A stretch of 62,344 nt of DNA, filler included, from 9 parts of 9 records of this genome joined end to end with filler, not necessarily neighbours in it, one strand, 5' to 3'; numbered from the whole stretch's first letter, positions 33,154 to 44,555 are shown. Made by a program: numbers and translations. Notes: generated by a model from the letters alone, not told the origin.

Positions 33154-34655
33154 TCATGTTGTGGACTCCATCAAATCTATTGTCTTTCCGACCACCAATC
33201 CTATCTCTTCTTGCATCCATGCTATCACATCGCCGCAAAATTGAGCCCCTCCACAGACTACACCTGCACTATACTAAGAAGGGTAAGCTAGGACCTTACC
33301 GTGAGCAACTGTGGCCAGTCGGCTTCCCAGGATCTCCTTCGTCAAGCGATCATTATTAAACACCTCAAACCAAGAGCCCCAGTTGCTTAGTGGTGAAGGT
33401 TTGGACACAAACACGATAATTTCCACTCGGCCGGATCCGACAATCTAAATAACTTCACAATCAGTCTCATCAGATTGGGATAGACTCACAGCAGCCTCGA
33501 GCAGCCTCTCCCCCACTTCGGTGTGAAGTTCGGCAAGACAGCACAGCAGCACTGCTTGAAGCCGCTCGTTCGCCAACACAGTGTCTAGGATCTGTCCCGA
33601 CAGACGTCAGCCTCAGCTAGCTTGAGGCGCCTCGGTGCCTGCAGCATTGGAAGCACGCCAGTGCCTGCAGAGCATAGCCCGAGCCTGAGCCCAGCGGAGT
33701 CATGTTGTGGCAGGACGAGAGTACTGGCCGGCGCCGCAACCCGCACAGCGTCCCCAATTCGCATTGATGCCAGCTTTGGTGTGAGCACTCCGTCCGGGTA
33801 CACCCGCACGAGCAGCACCAGCTCGCCGTCCTCAAACTCGCCCAGTGAGCAGAGCGGTGTGTAAGCACGCTTGCAATTGGCAAGTTCCAGCTGCACGTGC
33901 CACACCCCCCCCACTCCGCCCGCCGCCTCCACCCGGTCTGCTGCATGGCACCGGAACTTGAGCGTCAGCAGTCCCTGCGCCAGCTCGGAGCTCTTTAAAT
34001 AAAACTCCCTTGAGCCTTCTCGAGTCCGGCGCAGCTGCCCTGAGATCAGCTGCCGGTCAGCCCAGTCTGTCGGCCCACAGAGCTCGAGCGCCGCCTCCCA
34101 GATCGGCTCCGCCTCCCGCCCGAGCCGCTCCAGCAGCTTGGCCCGGCAGATCATCCCCTCCAGCCCGAGATCCTCGGGGCTCGACTCCAACTGCCCCAGC
34201 GCCGCCTCCAGCTGCCTGTCAGCAGCCAGCGCCGCCCTGCTGTACCCGAGCCGGAGCGCTCTGCGCGGCTTGGCCGCAACCAGCGGTTCGATGAGCCCGA
34301 GCGCCCGTGCCGGGTCCAGCTCTACGGCCGCCAGCGCCTCGAACTGAGCCCGGACCGCCTCGAGGTCGGACTGAGCGGGTGGGCCGGATCGGGCCGCGAT
34401 ATCGCAGGCGGTGCCAAAGTCTGCGCGGGAGATCAGCTGGCTGCGGGCCTGTCCGCGCCATCGGAGCAGCAGATTTGGGGCTCGGCGGCACATGCCGAGG
34501 CACGGCACCCGCCGAATGGCGACTGCCGGGCCGCACAGGTCCTCGATGGCCGTGTGCAGCGCCTGGGCCCCTCGCCGAGTGCACCGGTGCCCGACACAGC
34601 CCTGCACCACGCACTGTGCTGGCTCGCACGCCCCGGGGGCAGTCTTTTCCTCCAT
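33154..34655 (-). CDS. Thioredoxin-like [2Fe-2S] ferredoxin + TPR-like helices + cytochrome b5 reductase/FNR-type FAD/NAD domain
   Basis: GCVGHRCTRRGA and VPCLGMCRRAPN, then RAYTP, VRVYPDGVLT, AGTGVLPMLQ|ILDTVL and a spliced VVCGG. Three 3' introns, the first being GC-AG at 33592-33638. Confidence 0.8.
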
Positions 34656-34811
34656 GGCTGGGCGAGCAACACACACAGCAGTGGCAGCCGACGCACACAC
34701 TGCCCCACCGTTATTTTTTTTTGGCAATCGAGGCAACGGCCCAACCGGCAACCGGCCAGCCTTGACCAAGCCTGCATAGTGGCGCGGCCCGCTGGCGGGG
34801 CTGATGAACGC

Positions 34812-36132
34812 ATGGCACAGCTAGAGGAGCCCAGCGACGGCGGTGTGGGCTTCACCATCAAGGACCGGAGGGGTGGGCCGAACCGCCGGAAGGGCCGCCG
34901 GAGGCAACTCCGCGAACACTCCGAGGAGCCCGAGGAGCCGGGCGCGCAGGCCGAGATGGAGGAGGCTGACGAGGCGGACCCCGCGGGCGGGGACGTGACC
35001 AACTGGGTGGAATGCTCCGCCTGTCGCAAGTGGCGCATCCTCCCGCCCGGCACGCCGCTCCAGACCGGCCGGTGGAAGTGCTACGACCACGGCCGGGCTT
35101 GTTCCGAGCCGGACGACCAAGAGATCGCCCGCAATGACAGGCCAGGCCGTGCGACCGAGCATGATTGGATCAAGTGCTGTCGATGCTCGTGCTGGCGGAT
35201 CCTCGGCCGAGGCGAGTTCGCGTCCGGCGCGTGGCAGTGCGGGGATCACGGCCGGCAGTGTGGCGGCCAGGACGATGAATCGCCGGTGGACATTCCGTGC
35301 ATCGAGCCGGCTCGCAAGCGTCCAGCGAGCCTGTCAGCGAGCAACCCTGCACCCAGTCGTCGCCGGAAGACTGCGGCAGACAAGCCAGCTGCGCGCAGAC
35401 CAAGCTCCGACAAGATATGGCTCGCGGGCTCTCGGCTCCCGAAGCGCCTGCTTTCAGGGCCGGGGTCTCACGAGCTAGTGGTTGCGCAGTGGCAGGCTTT
35501 AATTGGCTCGCGCCGGTTCAGAGAGATGAACTTAGTCAACAAGCTCAAGGCCAGCTGGCGAGAGTAGAAGCAATGGCTCTCAGGCGAGTGCAAACCGGAG
35601 CGATCAAGCATGATGGATATGCGAGCGTCTGATTTGCTCCGGAAACAAGCATCGGCAGAAGCGAGCCCGGAGATCAAGCTGCCAGTGCAGGGTCCACCGG
35701 ATCGGGTCTCGTCCAGCACACGACCTGAGAGAGATTCTCACGGGCGATTCTTGCCTGCTCCTCCTCCAGAGATCTGTGCGGCCTGCGCCGGAGGGCACCA
35801 CGCGCACACTTGCGATTTGCCGTTCACTGGGCAAAAGAACAGGCAGGCCAAAGCCCCAGAACAAAAGCAAGTGGTAGCAACGCCAAGGGTAGCCAAAACA
35901 GACCCCAAAGTGACCAAAGCGACTCCAAAAGTGTCCAAGACGGCTCCTGCTCCTAACCTATCCAGAGGCAAAGACAAATCGGCGAGATCGCCACTGGTGG
36001 CGTGCATGCGGTGCGACAAGCTCATAAGACCGGACCCAGATTCTGAGCGGCACTTGTGTGTCGAGTGTCGAAGGCAGCGCACTGCGCGGTCGGAACAGGT
36101 TCAGGAGGAGACAGTCTGGGACCAGTGGCTGC
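34812..36132 (+). CDS. Protein with two CW-type zinc fingers (3' partial)
   Basis: WVECSACRKWRIL..WKC..C..P and WIKCCRCSCWRIL..WQC..C. The in-frame TAG at 35565-35567 is removable by a 33-nt GT-AG intron (35535-35567). Confidence 0.8.
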
Positions 36133-36232
36133 NNNNNNNNNNNNNNNNNNNNNNNNNNNNNNNNNNNNNNNNNNNNTTAATTAATTAANNNNNNNNNNNN
36201 NNNNNNNNNNNNNNNNNNNNNNNNNNNNNNNN
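36133..36232. other. Artificial contig linker
   Basis: N-run with TTAATTAATTAA. Confidence 0.98.
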
Positions 36233-37786
36233 GATCATCGATTTGAACCAGAACATCGGCACCAGCACCATGTTGTGCCAGCTCAGCTGCTTGGATAGGT
36301 AACCGCCCCGCCATACCAACATCGCCGCCCAGCCGGACACCCGCCCGCCCAGCCCGCCAGTCACATCGGATTTACTCATGTCCACCACCCCGCCCCCAAA
36401 CCCCATGCTGGCCATCGAACCGACGTTAATGTAACGGAAGCTCGACGACTTATCGAACATCCGGCGCGGGAACGGCAGCCCGATCGGCGCAGGCACCAGC
36501 CCGGGCGGCGGCAGCTCGGCTGAGCTTTTCGGGTCAAACTCGTGGTGGAAACCGTTGAAGCAGTCGGCCAGGTACTGAGCCTGCTGTTCGGCCACCGAGG
36601 CGATCGGCGCCAGCGGTGCGTCTTTGTGCGCCGCGCAGTCGCCAAGGGCAAACACCCGGCCGGCCTGCCCGGGCACTCTCAGGAGCTCATCGATCACGAG
36701 CCGGCCGCTGCGCTCGTGCTTGGGCAGATCGAGAGAGTCTATGAACCGAGTCGGTGCCAGCCCAGCCGACCAGATCATCAGTCCGAACGGGAGCTGGCTG
36801 CCATTATTCAGGTGCGCAACGGTCGAATGGTTGCCCTGAGCATCAAACTCGTCCTCCACTCGGCTCACAGCCGCGTCAGTCATCACCCTGATCCGCTTCT
36901 TCTCGAGCCCCCGCCGGTAATACCCCACAAGCGCCTGGTCAAAGCTTGCGAGAATGTCGGGCCCGGCCTCGACTAGCGACACAGTCACCTTGTCCGCCAG
37001 GTCTGGGTACCATCGGGCCACATCTCCACGCAGGAAATCGTGCAGCTCAGTGCTGAACTCACAGGACGTCGGCCCGCCCCCCACCACCACAAATGACAGC
37101 AGCCTCTCGACCTCGCCAGGGCTCAGCGTCGGGTTACTTGCTCTCTCGAATACCTGCGGCGGCCGGCTCAGCACGGTCTAGCTCTTGGTTGCCTCAAGCG
37201 CGCGGTTCCTGATTTGTCTGGCGTGGTGCAGGTGTTTCAGGAAGAACACCTCCTTGCCCTCGCGCTCGGCCACCCCTGGGATCCCGAAGGTGTTGGTCTT
37301 GCAACCGGCCGCTATCACCAAATAATCAAACCCGACGCTGAACTCCACCCCCTTGAACACGTCCTTACACACCACCCGCCGCGGCCACAGCTGGCAGTAG
37401 TCTAGCCCCCCCACGTTCGCGTCAGCCGCAGCCAGGGCCAGCCACCCTCGGAGGTCCGGCCCTCGTCCGAGCATTCGGGGCCCTCAGCCAGCCTCAGCGC
37501 CTTGGCCTGATAGTACTCGCCGAGCCCCGGCACAGTGCGGATCGGCTCCTGGATCGCCCGGAACTCGAGGGTACCCACCGCGGTGGACGGCAGGAAGGGG
37601 GTGAACAGGAAATGGTTGGCCGGCGAGCACACCTGGCCCCAGCGGCTGGCCCAGCAGGCCGAGCGCCCCGGTCGCCCGAACGTCGAATTTGCGCTTATCC
37701 AGGTTGCGGGCCAGCTTGTTGCCGCCCCAGCCGGTGCCCAGCACCAGTACCCGCGGCCGGACCGCAGCACGAGACGCAGCCTGCAT
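36233..37786 (-). CDS. Type II (alternative) NADH dehydrogenase NDH-2 (3' partial)
   Basis: [46 protein letters not shown] and VFALGDCA. Introns 37633-37675 and 37154-37192 (both GC-AG), plus one unresolved near 37400-37490. Confidence 0.93.
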
Positions 37787-37881
37787 CGCTCTTTGGCGTC
37801 TCACACCCACAGCCCCGAGTGTAGGGACGGGCAACGGCAAATGCAATCGTAATCCAGTGAGTATTATTAGCCGGAGCCGCC

Positions 37882-39282
37882 ATGCACGCGTCGGTGATCA
37901 AGGCGTCCGACCTGGCGCGGATGAAGGTCTCGGTGAACGAGGGCATGGGGATCATGGCCCCGCCGGACCCCAACGAGCTGCGCACCGAGCGGATCCGCCT
38001 CCAGAAGCTCTCCCAGGACCGGGTGAGCCGATGGCCCAACACGCTCGAGGCAGAACGCAAGAAGAAGGAAGCACGCCGGCAGCAGCGGCTGGACGAGGAG
38101 GAGGCTCAGCGGGTCAAGATTGACAACGAGGAGGCGGCGATTCAGGGCGAGAAGCGCCGGATGGCCATCGAGCGGGCCAACAAGATGCTGTATGATGACA
38201 ACGACAAGGTCAAGTCGTTCCACTCGGCGCTGCTGCTGGCCGACGTGATGAAAGAGCGGGAGGCCCAGATCGAAGTGGCCCGGGTGAAGAAGAAGAATGC
38301 ACGCCGGCGGGAGAAGTACTGGGCTATCATGCAGGACGACGCGATTGAGGAGTATGACCGCAAGGAGGAGCAGAAGCACGCCGAGGAGAGCCGGAAGCGG
38401 TACGAGGTGGCGGTGGCGCGGGAGGGCCAGTTAGCCGGAATCCGGAAGGAGATTGCCCGCGCCAAGCAAGAGAAGGAGCGCGAGGGCCAGCTGATCCTGC
38501 AAAAGTCTCAAATGGAAGTTGCCAAGGCGCGGAGGGAAGAACAGGCGAGGAAGGAGGATGCGCAGCGGCAGGTAGAAGAGAACAAGAAGGTGAACGAGCT
38601 GCTCAAGACGCTCCAGCAGGAAGAGCTCCAGCGCGAGCTGCTCGAGGAGGAACGACTGTACGCTATAGCTCTCGAGAAGGAAGCTAAGCTGATGGAGCGG
38701 AAGCGTCGGGAGATGGAGAATGCACGGAAGAAGGACGAGCAACGGCAAAAGATCCTGGACCACGTGCAAGCGCTGGCCAATGCGCGCATGTCGGACGAGA
38801 ACGCTCGCGTGGAGGAGCAGGTTGCTCAGAAGGAAGCGGCGGACAAGCGAGACTTGGAAGAGAAGGCGGAGCGGCGGCGACGAGAGATGGAGGAGATCTC
38901 AAGGTCGCGGAATGAGCAGCTGCGGCGGAAGCAGATGGCCAAGGAAGAGGCTGAGCAGGCCGAGCGCGAGTGGGCGGCTCAGTGGGAGGTGGCCAAGGAG
39001 CGGTTGTCCAAGGAGGAAGAGGACGAGAGAGCGTGGGTGAGGCAACGGAACATAGACGTGACGAACTTCAACATCCAGCTGCGCGAGGAGAAGAAAATGG
39101 AGCGGCAGATTGTGCGGCAAGGCAACCTGGAGGCAGCACACCGAGCGCAGGAGATTCTGTCGGAAGAGGAAGAGAGATTCGATCAATACACGACTGCGTG
39201 CATGAACGAGTGGCACCAGGGCGGCAAGACCTGCAAGCCGATGCGGATCTACTTAGCCAAAGGAGAGAGTGTGATAGAGTAG
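37882..39282 (+). CDS. CFAP210: CFAP210/CCDC173-like ciliary microtubule inner protein (TPH coiled coil)
   Basis: RVSRWPNTLEA and AIERANKMLYDDNDKVKSFHSALLLADVMKEREAQI in a 466-aa E/K/R-rich coil. Confidence 0.75.
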   Translation: MHASVIKASDLARMKVSVNEGMGIMAPPDPNELRTERIRLQKLSQDRVSRWPNTLEAERKKKEARRQQRLDEEEAQRVKIDNEEAAIQGEKRRMAIERANKMLYDDNDKVKSFHSALLLADVMKEREAQIEVARVKKKNARRREKYWAIMQDDAIEEYDRKEEQKHAEESRKRYEVAVAREGQLAGIRKEIARAKQEKEREGQLILQKSQMEVAKARREEQARKEDAQRQVEENKKVNELLKTLQQEELQRELLEEERLYAIALEKEAKLMERKRREMENARKKDEQRQKILDHVQALANARMSDENARVEEQVAQKEAADKRDLEEKAERRRREMEEISRSRNEQLRRKQMAKEEAEQAEREWAAQWEVAKERLSKEEEDERAWVRQRNIDVTNFNIQLREEKKMERQIVRQGNLEAAHRAQEILSEEEERFDQYTTACMNEWHQGGKTCKPMRIYLAKGESVIE

Positions 39283-39468
39283 GCGCAGCGTGCTGCTTGG
39301 CGTGTTGACCATCGGCGGTGATGTGCAAAGAGCACGACCATCGGTGGTGCTGGCAACTAGCTATCGCAAGGCCGGATCATGAGCACGTAATTCGGTAATT
39401 GTGAACTCATAATAACACTAATTTTATTTCAAGACCGTTATTTGTCTTAAGTTACACCAATCCGCGCA

Positions 39469-40494
39469 TCACAGAGAGGACAGCCGAGCAAGCTCGTGTC
39501 GGTTGCACTGAATAGCAGCGAGCTGGTCAAACTCGCCGCCCACCTGTTGCATCACTCCACGCCATACCTCGCCTGCCTGGTCCCGGCACCAATCAAAGTC
39601 CACCCGCTCCGCCCGATCAACTGCGAACGTCGGCCCCAGCACAAGATCGCTCACCTCCCCCGCCGCGGGCTCCACGGGCAGCCACACATTTTGGTCCACT
39701 AACCCCTCCAGCTGGTGCGGCAGCCAACTGCAAAACCCGGCAACTGGCACAAAATCCGTTGGCTCGGCCGCTCCGCTCGTCAGTAGTTCGTTCACTGCCG
39801 TTATATCTCCGCCATAGTATAAATCGCCTCTAATTTGGACCGCGTTTTTGAGCCCGGGGAACCGATGCAGCAGAGTCATACTGTTGTGTCCGCTGTCACC
39901 ACCCACCAGCAGAGGCCTCTCGCCAAGTGGCCCGGCTAGCTGCTCGCCGGTAGCCACCTGGCCGACCGCCTGGACCGACGGCAGGTTGAGCATCACGCCG
40001 TGCCCGCCGGTGCCCGCCTCGTGCTGAGCCAGCAACACCACCCCCCGCCGGAGCGCGCTCTGAGCTCGGATCGGGTGTGCCACCAGCAGCCGCCCGGGCC
40101 GCAGCGGCTCCTCCGGACAGTACCGCAGCCCCGGCTGGGCCGACTGGCTGGCCGGGAGCGGGAGAGTGAGCCGCCTGCCCAGCCCGACTGCGGAGTCCAG
40201 CCGGCGCATCAGGTCAAGCGCGACCGGCTCGGGCAGCGGTTGCTGTCGGAGCAGCCGCTTGAGGTACCCACGGACCGAGGCAGCGGGCCCGGCGGCCTGT
40301 GGGCGGTACAGCCGGCCGCGGAGCAGCTCTGTGAGGCAGCTCGGGGCGGCGGGGCCCCAGCCGAACAAGGTGGGGTCGTACTCCGGGGCCGGGTCCGGTC
40401 GAATAAGCGCCTTGTAGCCGGGGTGCCCGTCCAGTTCGGCCGCCGCCCGCAGGATCCCCCGGGTCACCGCATATGGAAGCCCACGCAGCCGCAT
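39469..40494 (-). CDS. AlgH/YqgE (DUF179) domain protein
   Basis: PGRLLVAHP, GVVLL, GVMLNLP, LVGGD and GFCSWLPHQLE..W. Confidence 0.8.
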   Translation of the reverse strand: MRLRGLPYAVTRGILRAAAELDGHPGYKALIRPDPAPEYDPTLFGWGPAAPSCLTELLRGRLYRPQAAGPAASVRGYLKRLLRQQPLPEPVALDLMRRLDSAVGLGRRLTLPLPASQSAQPGLRYCPEEPLRPGRLLVAHPIRAQSALRRGVVLLAQHEAGTGGHGVMLNLPSVQAVGQVATGEQLAGPLGERPLLVGGDSGHNSMTLLHRFPGLKNAVQIRGDLYYGGDITAVNELLTSGAAEPTDFVPVAGFCSWLPHQLEGLVDQNVWLPVEPAAGEVSDLVLGPTFAVDRAERVDFDWCRDQAGEVWRGVMQQVGGEFDQLAAIQCNRHELARLSSL

Positions 40495-40896
40495 TGCGGC
40501 CAACAAGTTCCGGTACTGCCGGCGAGAGGCGTCGTCAGGTCTCGGGAAGCGGTCAAGGAGCCGTTACTAGCCGTTATCTCGGAATGGCAGTTGTGGATGG
40601 GCAATTCTCAGTCGGTGGCCTCCCCGTTCCCCCCTCTCCCGGCCGGCGTGCTCCCCCCCTTCTGGTCATTCCATCTGCCCCCACCTGCCGCTGCGATCGA
40701 GCGGCTGATCGGTGCGGTGGCAGTGAACACCATCCACGCGATTCCGGCAATCTTAGACGGACGCGACCGGCATTTCACTTTATTCCCCCACTTATTACAA
40801 GCATGTATAATATATTCATTTAATTCTAAAGTGTGAGTCATATCTAGCCCGGTCATCGAAAAGATCCATAGATGCAGCTGCAAGTCTGGTCATCGA

Positions 40897-42369
40897 TCAG
40901 AGCTCCATCAGCTCCGCATACGCCTTGAAATCCACCTCGGTCGACGGCCGGAACGGGATATCGTCTAAAGGCAGCTTCGGGTCCCGCATCCGCACCAGCG
41001 CCGGACTCTCCGCCGAGAAATACCCCTGCGCCACTCGAGTCACACCTTCCTAATTAGGCAAGTGCCTGCTCGGCCCAGTCGGCCATCTGCTCCGTTGTAA
41101 ATGGCCCATGCTCCTCGCCCTGAGCTCAATGATTAATCATCATCATAATAATACTAATAATGATACCTCCTCGCTCAGCTTATAGTCCCACAGCCCGACG
41201 TCCGCCTCCTTCTCTGCAGCCAGGCTCAGCCCGAGTTAGCCTGGACAACTCGCACCGGCGTCCTCCAATTCTTGCTCCAGCAGCTCACGAGAGGCCTCGT
41301 ATACGCCTGCCGGCCGCTCAGCCAGCAGACCCTAACTGGAGCCGCACCGAACTCGCCGGCCTGCAGCAGATTGTTGGCTGCCTCCATTAGCTCGTTGAAA
41401 GCCTCGTTCCCCTGAGCCCGCACTCAGAGATTCCAACAATAATTCGATCACCGTGGCGCTTGGCTTCTTCCCCGTCCCTCGCAGCCGCTTGAGCGCCTTC
41501 CGCACCTCCTCCCCGGGCTGCAGGATCTGCATAGTCCGTTGAATTCAGCTAGAGAGCGCGAGATTACCTTGACTATTGTTCGCTTCAGCTCGAGCATGTC
41601 AACAGCCTCGTCTTGCCCTTGACCAAAGTCGGCGATCTCGACCTGCTTGATCTGCTTGTCCTGCCCCTGCCTGGCGGTTAGATCCGGCCCCTCGCACGGC
41701 CCGCCTCGGTCTTCTGCTTCTTGAGCTCGTCCTCGTGCCCATCGAGCTCATCCAGCCACGCGTCCCTTTGCTCTGCCCCCGCTGGTGCAACGGAAACCAA
41801 CCGACGCACCGCTGAACTGGTTGTCAATGTAGTTGCCCGACTCGTCGAAATGGCCGGTCTCCCGCTCCTGCCGGCAGACTTCGCGGGCGGCCGGCCGGGC
41901 GGCACCGCGGCCAGGTTGAACGGGATGATCTTGATCCCTGGTTAACAGTCATTTCCTTATTAGGAAGGTAACAGTCACCGCCCTCCTCGTACTCCTCTCC
42001 GAACTGGTGGCTGAGCCCGCCCTCCTCCCCTGCCGCCCCAGCTCCTGGCCGTCCAGACCTCCGGCGCACCCTCCACTCTCGTGATCCGCCCTCCAACCAC
42101 CTTCACCTATACCCCCCCGCAGGCTGCCCCAGCGCCTCCCTGCAAGCCGGCACCTCCACTTCGTCGTCGTTACCAGCCATCCCGGCCCCCTTGCGCTCGG
42201 CCGGGGCCTCGTCCTCGTCCTCGTCCATTCCATCGAACCGCCGGCCCTTGCTCTGCTCCGGCTCCTCCGGCAGCGGCTCCTGGTCCTCGGGTCTGGGCCG
42301 CTTCGCCTGCTCCTCCTGCTCCTCCTCGGCCGCCTCCTCCATCCGCCGCTTCTTCCTGCCCTTACCCAT
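40897..42369 (-). CDS. CD2BP2: CD2BP2/LIN1 (U5-52K) GYF-domain splicing factor (multi-exon)
   Basis: IPFNL..ERETGHFDESGNYI, RDAWLD, LQPGEEVRKALKRL, ELMEAANNLL and the GYF domain HGPFTTEQMADWAEQ|GYF. Confidence 0.88.
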
Positions 42370-42575
42370 GTCGTCCCGTACTGTGGCCCGGCGATGCAAA
42401 AAGTCCGTTGGCCAGCTAACGGCAATGCAGGCCGGGGGCGGGAACAGGCTGGCGGCGCGGCTGGCGGCGTGTCTGGCCCAAGAGCCCGGGGTCTGCCCGG
42501 GATGCTGGCAGTGAGTCGCTCGCCGTGGCTCCCGCGCTGACCGGTGCCGGGCAGAGACTGCTGTCCGGCCTGCGT

Positions 42576-42675
42576 NNNNNNNNNNNNNNNNNNNNNNNNN
42601 NNNNNNNNNNNNNNNNNNNTTAATTAATTAANNNNNNNNNNNNNNNNNNNNNNNNNNNNNNNNNNNNNNNNNNNN
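42576..42675. other. Artificial contig linker
   Basis: N-run with TTAATTAATTAA. Confidence 0.98.
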
Positions 42676-43116
42676 GGCCCGAGCTGACCACGAGGGCGTT
42701 CCGGTGTACCCTTTCGTTGTCACTTTCAAGGCTTCAAGGTTTTCAAGATTCTAAAGGGGACTGTCAAGATTCTCAAGGGGGCGTCCGTTATTTTCAAGTT
42801 TTTCAAGGAATGGGTGCGTGAGTGGGTGGGTGAGTGAGTGAGAGGAGAGGCATGCACATGATTTTACTTGTGCGCTTATTTGTAATGCGGACCCTTTGTT
42901 ATTTTTTATTTTCTCCCTCTATAGTTTTTATCAACGAGGCAAATTTAAACAACGAGGCAAAGACACGCACTGTGGGGTTGACAATTCAGCCATGAATTGG
43001 GCCGGAACTCCGCCTCTTCCAGTAATCTAATGATAATGAGTACGGGTCTATAATAATTATTCACGGCTATATATGGGCGCCGGCTAGCTATACTGCTATA
43101 GGCTGGTTGCAAGCCC

Positions 43117-43845
43117 TCAAGTACGCAGCCGAAGCAGCCTAGCCCCTAGAACGAGTGCAGCAAGCACCAGAATCAGCCGGCCCAGCACGACCAAATTCCT
43201 CCTGTCCTTCACACGAGTCGCAAGCGCAAACTTGGACCTCGGGCCGAGCCCGTTATGCTTCACCAGCTCCTCGGCCAGCTCTATCCCGTCCGCCAGCCCC
43301 CGCGAGGCTCCGTACAGGTATCGGCTCATCCCTAGGCCCCACTCCAGCCGATGATGCCGCCGTGCATCCCCCACCACCGCTACTCGCCCCGACTGCCCGC
43401 CCGGCGGCCAGCGCACCGACGAGACCAGCCCATCCGCCTGAACTAGCAGGTCGAATGGGCCGTCCACTGTCCCGTCACTCAGCTCGCACGACAGCCGGCC
43501 GTCCGGCCCCGCCCGCACCGCCCGCACCGCCACGCCCTCGCGCAGATCGGCCCCCGCCTTACGGCACTTTGCGCACAGCAGCTGCACCAGCGCCGTCCGC
43601 GGGACTCGCTCGCCTCGGCGGGGCGGCCAAGGGAACTCGGACAGTGGGGCGGTCCTGTGCAGCGTTTCCCACCCGGGCAGCCCCAGCCGGCGCATCAGCC
43701 GGCCACCCCCCGCCAGCGATAGCTCCCCAGAGGGCTCCGAGCTCCAGCGACCGGCCTCCCACAGCGTGACCGAGCCTGCGCCCTCCGGCATCGCCGCCAC
43801 CAGCGCCAGGCCCGCCAGGCCACCGCCGGCCACCCCGATGCGCAT
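43117..43845 (-). CDS. Minimal FAD-binding monooxygenase-like protein with C-terminal membrane anchor
   Basis: MRIGVAGGGLAGL, DLLVQADG, VAVVGDA and GASRGLADG, followed by a hydrophobic tail LILVLAALVLG. Confidence 0.75.
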   Translation of the reverse strand: MRIGVAGGGLAGLALVAAMPEGAGSVTLWEAGRWSSEPSGELSLAGGGRLMRRLGLPGWETLHRTAPLSEFPWPPRRGERVPRTALVQLLCAKCRKAGADLREGVAVRAVRAGPDGRLSCELSDGTVDGPFDLLVQADGLVSSVRWPPGGQSGRVAVVGDARRHHRLEWGLGMSRYLYGASRGLADGIELAEELVKHNGLGPRSKFALATRVKDRRNLVVLGRLILVLAALVLGARLLRLRT

Positions 43846-43951
43846 GCTTCCTTGCTGACTGTGAGGTATCGCGTCCAACCCGATCGTCCGGCGGCGGGCG
43901 GCCAGTAGTTCCGTTATTCCCAGCTTCGCACTCGCACGCCACACGGCAGTG

Positions 43952-44454
43952 ATGGCGAGCCGGCGGGCTCTGGCCGAGCAAGGCCAGGCCGAGCTGGTTG
44001 AGCTGCTCGGCACGATCGGCCAGCTCCTGCAGGCCACCGCAACCCACCCTGACGCCGCCCCGGTGCCCGCCCGCCCGCCCCAGAGGTCGGCTCACGTCCG
44101 GGGGCCAGTCGGCGGAGCTGATCGGGCTGCGGGCCGCTCTGGAGAAGGGACTCGGGCGGGTCAGGGAGCTCACCATCCAGCTGAGAGACGCGGTGCCCCC
44201 CTGGAGGCAGCCTGGCCAGACGAGTGGGCCAGCCTGAGGAGCCTGCGCCGACAGCGGAGGAGCTGGCTGAGCACGCGGCGCTAGTGGAGGCGACTAGCGG
44301 CCCGCGCGGGGGCTGACTGGAGGGGTAGGAGGCGGAGGCCAAGGACAGGCAGCTGCGGGAGCTGCACGCGCAGCTGCGCCGGTTGCAGTTCGACTGCCAC
44401 GACCTCAACTTGGCGGGGGCCAGCGTAGCGCCGGACCCGCAGGCCGACTTGTAG
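43952..44454 (+). CDS. Small helical protein, Mediator MED30-like (four exons)
   Basis: The spliced product has LAEQGQAELVELL at the N-terminus and KDRQLRELHAQLRRLQFD at the C-terminus, resembling both conserved MED30 helices. Introns include 44063-44108 and 44290-44328 (GC-AG). Confidence 0.5.
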
Positions 44455-44555
44455 CTAATGTTACTACACACTCGTAGAACGATTATAGACCGCAGTGTAC
44501 AGCACACAGCGTGTGTGTACAGCACACGGTGTGTTTAATCTGAGCGTACGTGTAG

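Noticed and set aside
35565-35567. In-frame TAG suggesting stop-codon reassignment
   Set aside because: A 33-nt GT-AG intron (35535-35567) removes it. Other in-frame stops also fall in short introns, and TAA, TAG and TGA all end genes normally.
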